Virus record (IMG/VR): IMGVR_UViG_2711768101_000009
Direction: 5' to 3' (one strand)
Length of the DNA: 6,611 bases
Origin: a virus
Taxonomy: Duplodnaviria; Heunggongvirae; Uroviricota; Caudoviricetes
Under the pieces are notes generated by a model that worked only from the letters and a program-made list of their open reading frames with translations, was not told where the DNA came from and made no database searches. Made by a program: the position numbers and the translations under genes. Of this stretch, positions 1-5,862 are shown in pieces (the stretch's first letter is position 1; the number at the start of each line of letters is the position of its first letter).

Positions 1-144
1 TTCCAGAAAGGCTTTTAAAGATGGGTGTTCACATTTACGAACACGTATCGTCACGCTGTAAGTCGACAACTGGTTATTCAGTCCCGCCGCACGACGCTGT
101 TCATAACCATCGCCCAGCTTCACTGTCACCACTTTCGGCTCTGA
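1..144 (-). CDS. M: Minor tail protein M-like, internal fragment; N-terminus lies in the N gap and the C-terminus runs off the window start
   Basis: Minus-strand frame with codons at (3n+1..3n+3) translates as SEPKVVTVKLGDGYEQRRAAGLNNQLSTYSVTIRVRKCEHPSLKAFLE with no stop. This matches my recollection of the lambda gpM N-terminal region (..VRFGDGYSQRAPAGLNANLKTYSVTLSV..FLEEHGG). It sits immediately downstream of the tape measure gene, as in lambda. Confidence 0.85.
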
Positions 145-328
145 NNNNNNNNNNNNNNNNNNNNNNNNNNNNNNNNNNNNNNNNNNNNNNNNNNNNNNNN
201 NNNNNNNNNNNNNNNNNNNNNNNNNNNNNNNNNNNNNNNNNNNNNNNNNNNNNNNNNNNNNNNNNNNNNNNNNNNNNNNNNNNNNNNNNNNNNNNNNNNN
301 NNNNNNNNNNNNNNNNNNNNNNNNNNNN
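145..328. other. Run of 184 N (assembly gap or masked sequence) covering the tape measure 3' end and the M start
   Basis: Seen directly as N characters. Coding sequence abuts both edges. Confidence 0.99.
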
Positions 329-3060
329 GCTTCCCCCATCACACCCGCGCCTTTTGCAAAAGCAAAAAACGTCGGACGGTTAACCACCGTGCCACTGTAA
401 CGACTCAAATCAGCAGACTGATAAATCCCCCCATTGGCATTCAGGGAAAGGCTGCTGAGATCAAATCCCAGTACACTGCCAATCCCTTTTATCGATTTCA
501 TCATGGTTGCCTGCGCCAGGATTTTCGCCATATCTGACAGCACAGAAGAGGTGAAGGATTTGAAATTGAGTTTGCCGGTAGTGACAAAAGTTGCCAGGCC
601 ATTTCCCATGTTGCTGAAGGCTGACGAGAACACCTGTTCTGCTGTTTCTGCCGTATTATCTGCATCCACGGTAAAATCCTGAAATGCACGCAGGACTCCG
701 TTTTTCCAGTTACCCTGCACAACTTCAAGCTGTTGCCAGTAACGGCGATTCTCATTCAGTTGTCGGTTCAGGCTCTCCGTCAGCGCCTGCTCGGCCTTTC
801 TGTAGTCATCCGTGTTATATGTCCCTTTCTGCTCACTATCCCGCCTCAACTGCTCCAGCTGTTGCTGGTATTTCTGGCGAAGACTCAGTTGTACCTGATA
901 TCGCTGTCGCTGCTGATCACCCATACCCACCGTGGCGATATCCAGGTCATGTTGCTGACGCTGAGCGCGCTCTTCTTCAGCCAGTTGACTGGTCAGCTGA
1001 ATTGTTTTTTTCTTCAGCTCGTTGAGTGCCGTCTGTTTCTGAAGCTCCTGCTGTTTTACATCCAGCAGCGTCAGTGCCTGAATCAGTTCATCTTTACGGG
1101 CCAGCACACTCTTTTCATCTGCCGTCAGTTTTTTCCCGTCCAGGTCGCTGATGCGCTGCTGCAGAGCCAGAAGCTGTTTATGCGCTTCTGTCATCCTTTC
1201 CGTGGCAATGCCTGCTGACTGTCTGGCAGCAGCAATCTGTCCTTCCACCTGTGCCTGTTGCTGACTGTACTGCAGCAATAACCGGGTGGCCTCATCATTA
1301 CGGGTTTCGCGTGTTTTTTTCTTACCGGATGCCAGGGCTTTCTCGTAACGTTCATTTTCACGTTGTATCGCCGCATCCCTGACAGCCTGATCGGCGTACT
1401 GCATGGCATTAATACGCGCAATTTCACGCTGATGTCGTGCAGCTTCCGTTTCATTCATCCGGTTCAGTGCAGCATTTTCAGCATTACGGCGTTTCTGTTG
1501 CTCCTGATAATTCCGCTCTGCCTGCTCTTTTGCATCCTGCAAATCCTTCTGGCGTTTTTTCTCCTGAAGATCGTTAAGACGCTGCTGATCGTATTCAACC
1601 TGAGAAGATGATGCCGTCCAGGGGAGTCTTTTCGCCCGCGACACTTTCTCCTGTAAAGCGGCAATCTGTTCATCCAGCGAGTCTTCACGACCAATATTCA
1701 TGGCCGCATCCCAGAAACGACTCCATAAATCAGACAGATACTTCAGCGTACTGCCCAGCGCATTGAGGTTATTATCAATATCCGCAGTACGCCGACCGGT
1801 TTCCTCTGCCAGTGCAGACATGGCTATCCGTGCAGCATCACTGGACCGCCCCTGATCCCCAAGGACGCGTATCTGCTCAAGCTGAGTGGCAGTAAGAAAA
1901 TGCAGCTCATTGTCCAGAGCCTTCGCGGCATTTACAGGATCATCCTTCAGCCGCTTAAACTGATTTATGGTATCGCTGACCGACTGGCCAACCGATCGCT
2001 CCATCTGTGCGGCAGCTCTCGCCACCATACCGATATCGTTTCCACGAAATGCACCACTCCCCACCACCTGAGCCAGCGCACCGGCTGCAGCATGTTGCGT
2101 GATACCATTCCCGGAAATAGCACGACTGAGCGTCCACAGCTGCCCGGCAGTGACTCCGGCATAATGCCCCGTCAGTGACAGCTGGCGGTTAAATTCTTCC
2201 CCCTCCTTCTGACCGTCATACCAGGCTTTACCCAGACCATAGACGGCCGCGGCAATACCGCCAATAACCCCGCCCAGCATCATGCCTTTCGGTGACATCA
2301 GTGTGTCTATCCATCCGGCACGGTTAGCCAGCGTTATCCCGGATCCCCTCAGCGCTCCTAAATTGCCACGGGCCAGCTCACCTATCAGAACGCCTATCTC
2401 CTGGCGGGCTGCTGCACTTTTCAGACCCAGCGAATGCGTGGCTTTTCCTGCCTGCTCCATTTTGCGGATATACACTTCTGCAGCACTGCTTACCCCCAGC
2501 TGGGCAGCCCTGGCACGAAGCAACTCAGAAGAAGAAAGATTCTGGCGGGTTGCCTGCTCTTTAAGCTGACGGATAAACGCCACTTTCTGTCGGGTAGACT
2601 CTTCCTCAGCCTGCGTAAGAACACGGGTTTTCGCCGTAACCTCAGAAATCAGCGCCAGATAATCCTGCTGACCAATCCCGCCACTGTTTCTGGCCTGTCG
2701 GATCTGCTGCTGAATACGCTGTAATTCCTGCAGCCCCGCACTGGCCTGTTTCACACTGTCAATCTNNGCCTCCATGCGCTGGCGGGTTTTCTCCACCTCG
2801 CGGGCCATGCGTTCATGAGCCTGTGCGTTCTTCTCCACCGTCTGCGCATGGACGGATGCGGCTGTTGCAGCCGAAGAAGCCGCCTGCGTTGTCTGCCGGG
2901 CGGCCTGAGTCTGACGCTCCATAAAACGCTGCATACGGGCAGAAGACCGTTCTGCATCGCTGGCTGCACCATTCAGAAGGTTTTTGATACGGGGGATTTC
3001 ATTTTTAAACTCTGCCGCATCAATCCCCAAATCAATGACCAGGTTGGCTATCTGGTCCAT
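329..3060 (-). CDS. H: Tail length tape measure protein (lambda gpH-like); 3' end lost in the N gap; at least 910 codons in the window
   Basis: ATG at 3060-3058 preceded by GGAGG with 8 nt spacing. The frame is open from 3060 to 329. N-terminus MDQIANLVIDLGIDAAEFKNEIPRIKNLLNGAASDAERSS resembles lambda H (MAEPVGDLVVDLSLDAARFDEQ..). Internal YLSDLWSRFWDAAMNIGRED (about 1681-1740) resembles lambda H ..WADRTARAFKSMWDAVLDIGRPD. The protein has long Q/E/K/R/A-rich helical stretches, a Gly-rich hydrophobic segment (MLGGVIGGIAAAVYGLGKAW, about 2221-2280) and a C-proximal motif FAKGAGVMGE (329-360) that I recall as typical of tape measure proteins. The track omits this ORF because it has no stop in the window. 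Confidence 0.95.
2766..2767. other. Two ambiguous bases (NN) inside the tape measure gene
   Basis: Seen directly. The reading frame is preserved across them (..MEA-X-IDSVKQ..). Confidence 0.99.
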
Positions 3061-3379
3061 AACGCACACCTCCGGAAATACCTTCCCCAAGATGCATCAG
3101 TTCTTCGTCCGTTCGCTCCGGTATCCCGTTCTCTTCCGGTAAAAGGCTGAAATCAGCCACCGCAGCATCACTACTGCCGGACACCATTCTCACGATCAAT
3201 GCCTTCAGCGAGGCAAACTGCGCATCCATCCACACATCACTGAAGCTCTGCATCCGGAAATAATCGCCCCACTCACCAAGCTCAGTGGCCGACATTTCCG
3301 ACAGCATCCGCCGCCAGTCTGCCCGCCGGAACTCCCGGGCAAGCCGCATGACAAACTGCATTTCCCGCGTCAGGACTTT
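3032..3379 (-). CDS. T: T-frame segment of the tail assembly chaperone G-T fusion, reached by -1 frameshift from G; no independent start proposed
   Basis: This ORF is in the -1 frame relative to G and overlaps the G 3' end. It stays open from the slippery site: ..PEK then VLTREMQFVMRLAREFRRADWRRMLSEMSATELGEWGDYF...GPDSQPGH, with stop TGA at 3034-3032. Position between G and H matches lambda T. It overlaps the H start by 29 nt. Confidence 0.8.
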   Translation of the reverse strand, partial: KVLTREMQFVMRLAREFRRADWRRMLSEMSATELGEWGDYFRMQSFSDVWMDAQFASLKALIVRMVSGSSDAAVADFSLLPEENGIPERTDEELMHLGEGISGGVRYGPDSQPGH

Positions 3380-3756
3380 TCCGGCGTCAGCGCCTCATGC
3401 TCATCATCCCCGGCATTATCAATGGTCCCCATACCGCTCAGCGACAGAACCATCTCCGCCCCCGCACCCAGGGCATCATACGACCATGTTGTAATAACGG
3501 ATGCGCAAAGCGTCTCTACATCCTTAGACTGATCCGCATTCCACAGTGAGCGGGAAACCAGCCAGGCATTGATATCCATCCCCATCCGCAGAAAAGCAAT
3601 CTGTCGTTCAGCCTCCGGCAGTTCTCCCTCTTCGGCATCAAACTTTGCCGTTCGCTGCTGAACAAACGCCAGATATTCAATTCTCTGCAGCCCGGACAGC
3701 TCACTGAGCACCACGGACTGCTTTTCATAATTAAACGTGCCCTGTTTCAGAAACAT
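3370..3756 (-). CDS. G: Tail assembly chaperone G-like
   Basis: Translates as MFLKQGTFNYEKQSVVLSELSGLQRIEYLAFVQQ...DNAGDDEHEALTPEKS with stop TGA at 3372-3370. Lambda gpG as I recall it begins MFLK.. and contains ..TLSELSALQRIEHLA... Tandem ATGs at 3759 and 3756; GGTGGAG lies upstream and spacing favours 3756. The track start at 3798 is a TTG inside the upstream terminator. Confidence 0.9.
   Translation of the reverse strand: MFLKQGTFNYEKQSVVLSELSGLQRIEYLAFVQQRTAKFDAEEGELPEAERQIAFLRMGMDINAWLVSRSLWNADQSKDVETLCASVITTWSYDALGAGAEMVLSLSGMGTIDNAGDDEHEALTPEKS
3376..3382 (-). other. Putative -1 programmed ribosomal frameshift site, mRNA G_GAA_AAG, two codons before the G stop
   Basis: The minus-strand mRNA reads CCG GAA AAG TCC TGA in the G frame. 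Lys codon AAG (3378-3376) can re-pair as AAA (3379-3377) in the -1 frame, which is the T frame. The lambda site is G_GGA_AAG at the equivalent position. Confidence 0.7.
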
Positions 3757-3772
3757 CATGTTCTCCACCTGC

Positions 3773-3796
3773 AAAAAAGCCCCGGATAATCGGGGC
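3773..3796 (-). terminator. Intrinsic (rho-independent) terminator between V and G
   Basis: Minus-strand RNA GCCCCG-AUUAUC-CGGGGC followed by UUUUUU (plus strand: A6 at 3773-3778, stem arms 3779-3784 and 3791-3796). It lies 20 nt downstream of the V stop and directly upstream of the G ribosome-binding site. Confidence 0.75.
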
Positions 3797-3816
3797 AAAT
3801 GATGAGTATCGTCCTG

Positions 3817-4290
3817 TTAACCTGCGGCGCTGACAGCCACCGTAGCCACTGCCACAAAATCGCCGTCAGAAGTCATGCCCACAATGCTGACACTGCCCTG
3901 CTTCACGCCTTTCACCGTGGCCACAAGCCCGTTCAGGGTCACCGTGGCAGTCTGTGGATCTGTCGAATGCACACTGATCGCTTTGTCACTGGCTCCGTCA
4001 GGTTTTACTGTAAAGGTCAGCGTGGTGGTTGCTCCCACTTTTACACTGGCAGATGCCGGTGCCACCGTCAGCCCGGTAACGCCCACGGTTTCAGTGCCTT
4101 CTTCTGCCAGATACGGACGCCCCACACCGCTGATTTTCACTGTGCGGGTCATCACGTCTTTTGAGGCAATGGTTTTACCCAGTGAACTCAGCCAGCCACG
4201 GAAAACATCAACAGTACCGTTGGGATATTTGATACGAAACGCGCAGACTTCACCGGAGTCGAACAACTGAACCAGTTTTTTCTGCCCGCT
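3817..4290 (-). CDS. V: Major tail protein V-like, C-terminal two thirds; N-terminus lost in the N gap; ends in an Ig-like (Big_2-type) domain
   Basis: Translates as [59 protein letters not shown].., closely matching my recollection of lambda gpV (..[43 protein letters not shown]..). The C-terminal about 83 aa ([25 protein letters not shown]...[12 protein letters not shown]) resemble the lambda V C-terminal Ig-like domain. Stop TAA at 3819-3817. The MMY start in the track is an artefact of reading through N. Confidence 0.95.
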   Translation of the reverse strand, partial: [157 protein letters not shown]

Positions 4291-4472
4291 NNNNNNNNNN
4301 NNNNNNNNNNNNNNNNNNNNNNNNNNNNNNNNNNNNNNNNNNNNNNNNNNNNNNNNNNNNNNNNNNNNNNNNNNNNNNNNNNNNNNNNNNNNNNNNNNNN
4401 NNNNNNNNNNNNNNNNNNNNNNNNNNNNNNNNNNNNNNNNNNNNNNNNNNNNNNNNNNNNNNNNNNNNNNNN
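4291..4472. other. Run of 182 N covering the V 5' end, the U 3' end and the U/V junction
   Basis: Seen directly. Too short to hold the codons missing from V (about 70-90 by comparison with lambda V) and U (about 30), so the N length probably does not equal the missing sequence length. Confidence 0.95.
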
Positions 4473-4756
4473 GGTACATCATTCAGGGCCGGGAAAATGG
4501 TGCTCTCCATCCACATATCCAGCTCTGAATCCGGTGCCTGTGCCCGGATGAAGACAGCAATATGCAGAACAGCCTGCCAGTCATCTTCATCCGTCATTTT
4601 TCCGGTGTACTGAGCATCACTCAGCCACACCGCCACGGCAGGCAGTTCCTGCGCATCAACAAATGCCGGAAGCCCGTCAAAAAACGTGGCGCTGTCTCCA
4701 CACTGTTCCCGAAGGCGTGCCAGTACGACCTGGCGGATTTGTGTATGTCGGTTCAT
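4473..4756 (-). CDS. U: Tail terminator protein U-like; 3' end lost in the N gap
   Basis: Translates as M(ADPM)NRHTQIRQVVLARLREQCGDSATFFDGLPAFVDAQELPAVAVWLSDAQYTGKMTDEDDWQAVLHIAVFIRAQAPDSELDMWMESTIFPALNDVP, matching my recollection of lambda gpU (MKHTELRAAVLDALEKHDTGATFFDGRPAVFDEADFPAVAVYLTGAEYTGEE..WQAELHIEVFLPAQVPDSELDAWMESRIYPVMSDIP). Two candidate ATGs: 4768 (track) and 4756. The 4756 start aligns with the lambda N-terminus and forms an ATGA overlap with the Z stop. Confidence 0.9.
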
Positions 4757-5173
4757 CGGGTCAGCCATAACCTCAGTTGTTGTTTCAGTGCATACCCCAG
4801 CTGTTTCGGCATTTCCGCAGCAATGATGCGGTCGCGGGCATCTTCAAATGCCTGTGTCAGCGGTCCGGACAGNNNNNNNNNNNNNNNNNNNNNNNNNNNN
4901 NNNNNNNNNNNNNNNNNNNNNNNNNNNNNNNNNNNNNNNNNNNNNNNNNNNNNNNNNNNNNNNNNNNNNNNNNNNNNNNNNNNNNNNNNNNNNNNNNNNN
5001 NNNNNNATCCCTTTCACCTGGTTATCTCCCGCAACGGTATTCCCGGCAACCTGCCGGGTGGCAACCGAGACCGCTTTCTGTGCCACACGGTTTATCGCCC
5101 ATGCGCTGGCCTGTGGCACCATACGGGTATCAAGGCTGTTCAGATTGCGGATGGCATTCTCAAGCCCCTTCAT
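4753..5173 (-). CDS. Z: Minor tail protein Z-like (HK97 gp10-like family); interrupted by the N gap 4873-5006, with a frame change across it
   Basis: N-terminus MKGLENAIRNLNSLDTRMVPQASAWAINRVAQKAVSVATRQVAG from ATG 5173-5171 (AGAGGTG upstream) resembles lambda gpZ (..IKGLEQAVENLSRISKTAVPGAAAMAINRVASSAISQSASQVA..). Below the gap the Z-like C-terminus ..RDRIIAAEMPKQLGYALKQQLRLWLTR, stop TGA 4755-4753, is in a different frame; compare lambda ..RIRRERLPKELGYALQHQLRMVIKR. The track ending VRTADTGI is therefore an artefact. Confidence 0.8.
4873..5006. other. Run of 134 N inside the Z gene
   Basis: Seen directly. The frame of Z-like coding differs on the two sides. Confidence 0.95.
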
Positions 5174-5184
5174 CCCACACCTCT

Positions 5185-5460
5185 TTACTCAATAAAGATC
5201 ATTGGCTTACCGTTAAAGCGTTCATGCCGTGTGACCGTCCAATGTTGTCCGTCATAAACAACGCGATCCCCGCGCCGTGGGCGGTATCCCGAAGAAAACA
5301 CCACCAGAGAGACCGCAGGTCCGGACAGAGCATTCAGCTCTGCCAGTGTTTCTCCCGGGATCACAGTCATATCGACATCATTAATCGAGGCTGTCTTTCC
5401 CATCTTTCTGACCGTGATCGCATCCATACGCGCTGCCAGCCGGGAAAAGGGATCAGACAT
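5185..5460 (-). CDS. FII: Putative head-tail joining protein (lambda FII-like), 91 aa
   Basis: Translates as MSDPFSRLAARMDAITVRKMGKTASIN...YRPRRGDRVVYDGQHWTVTRHERFNGKPMIFIE. Position between the head genes and Z, the size, and a C-terminal ..RRGD..W-V motif recalling lambda FII (..LRRGDTLTIGEENFWVDRV..) support the call. Similarity is modest, so the functional call is tentative. ATG 5460-5458 overlaps the upstream stop (mRNA AAUGUCUGA). Confidence 0.6.
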   Translation of the reverse strand: MSDPFSRLAARMDAITVRKMGKTASINDVDMTVIPGETLAELNALSGPAVSLVVFSSGYRPRRGDRVVYDGQHWTVTRHERFNGKPMIFIE

Positions 5461-5776
5461 TGAGTTTTACCGGCACTTCTTCTGCACTGGTTCCGGCATC
5501 TGCCCAGACAACCCCGACCAGCGGATCAGAGCCGCTGTTAGTCAGCTGAACTTTTCCGGACTTCAGATAAACCTTCTTACCCGTTTTCATGTCATCCGTT
5601 TTCAGCTTAGGCAGCATAAACACACCTTCGGTCAGGCCGTCGCCTGTTTCACCCTGTGGAATATCGGTCAGCGCCACCGCAAAAACATCACCCACCTGCA
5701 CCAGGTCTCCGCTGCTGATGGCTGCACTGGCAACAATCGCCACCGTTTTTCCTTCTTCTACAAAATTCTTTGCCAT
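5453..5776 (-). CDS. Small head-module protein of unknown function, DUF2190-like by recollection; 107 aa
   Basis: ATG 5776-5774 with GGAG 6 nt upstream. Translates as MAKNFVEEGKTVAIVASAAISSGDLVQVGDVFAVALTDIPQGETGDGLTEGVFMLPKLKTDDMKTGKKVYLKSGKVQLTNSGSDPLVGVVWADAGTSAEEVPVKLNV. It occupies the slot directly after the major capsid gene. The family assignment is from memory and unverified. The track start at 5821 is a TTG inside the terminator. Confidence 0.6.
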   Translation of the reverse strand: MAKNFVEEGKTVAIVASAAISSGDLVQVGDVFAVALTDIPQGETGDGLTEGVFMLPKLKTDDMKTGKKVYLKSGKVQLTNSGSDPLVGVVWADAGTSAEEVPVKLNV

Positions 5777-5789
5777 AACTGTCTCCGCA

Positions 5790-5808
5790 CAGCCCCGTTC
5801 AGGGGCTG
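5790..5808 (-). promoter_or_regulatory. Stable hairpin in the 5' leader of the DUF2190-like gene (7-bp stem CAGCCCC/GGGGCUG, 5-nt loop)
   Basis: Seen in sequence: perfect inverted repeat at 5790-5796 and 5802-5808. On the minus-strand RNA it lies between the capsid terminator and the GGAG ribosome-binding site, with no U-tract after it. Its function is inferred. Confidence 0.4.
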
Positions 5809-5819
5809 ATTTCAGGTAC

Positions 5820-5838
5820 AAAAAAAGCCCTTACGGGC
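5820..5838 (-). terminator. Putative intrinsic terminator or attenuator downstream of the major capsid gene
   Basis: Minus-strand RNA GCCC-GUAA-GGGC followed by UUUUUUU (plus strand: A7 at 5820-5826, arms 5827-5830 and 5835-5838). It lies 25 nt downstream of the capsid stop (TAA 5865-5863). The stem is only 4 bp, so this is likely a weak terminator. Confidence 0.55.
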
Positions 5839-5862
5839 CATCAGAGTTGTTGTCTGCGACGT

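Noticed and set aside
21-383. Plus-strand ORF 21-383 running through the N gap
   Set aside because: Most of its length is X translated from N, and the real portion is antisense to the M-like gene. It is an artefact of treating N as sense codons.
733-1218. 161-aa plus-strand ORF (MPVTAILIQLSVQALRQRLL...) inside the tape measure region
   Set aside because: It is antisense to the Q/E/K/A-rich tape measure coding frame, which yields Leu-rich open frames by chance. It has low complexity, no ribosome-binding site and conflicts with a well-supported gene. The same applies to the plus-strand ORFs at 434-682, 684-1025, 1363-1611, 1900-2178, 2282-2569, 2434-2724 and 2815-3150.
1191-1694. Arg/Lys-rich minus-strand ORFs (1191-1454, 1464-1694) overlapping the tape measure gene out of frame
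   Set aside because: They are frame-shifted readings of CAG/AAG/GCG-rich tape measure codons. They are short, highly basic, low-complexity and lack start context. Overprinted genes are possible in principle but nothing here supports one.
3757-3798. Track start codons at 3798 (G), 5821 (107-aa gene), 6597 (capsid) and the MMY start at 4482 (V)
   Set aside because: The first two are TTG codons lying inside terminator hairpins; I prefer ATGs with GGAG-type ribosome-binding sites at 3756/3759 and 5776. The 6597 codon is an internal GTG of a gene continuing past the window. The MMY start lies beyond the N gap.
3785-3798. Possible promoter for G, suggested by the AT-rich ATAAT in the hairpin loop
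   Set aside because: ATAAT is on the plus strand while the genes are on the minus strand. There is no convincing -35/-10 pair with proper spacing on the coding strand. Late lambdoid genes are normally transcribed from one upstream late promoter.
4844-4872. Track's Z C-terminus (..VRTADTGI, stop at 4844)
   Set aside because: The neighbouring frame gives a Z-like C-terminus (..PKQLGYALKQQLRLWLTR, stop 4753-4755). The track frame is a by-product of the inexact N-gap length.
4562-5463. Long plus-strand ORFs (4562-5257, 4777-5463, 4848-5195) opposite the U, Z and FII genes
   Set aside because: All are antisense to well-supported lambda-like genes and are held open only by the N run 4873-5006.
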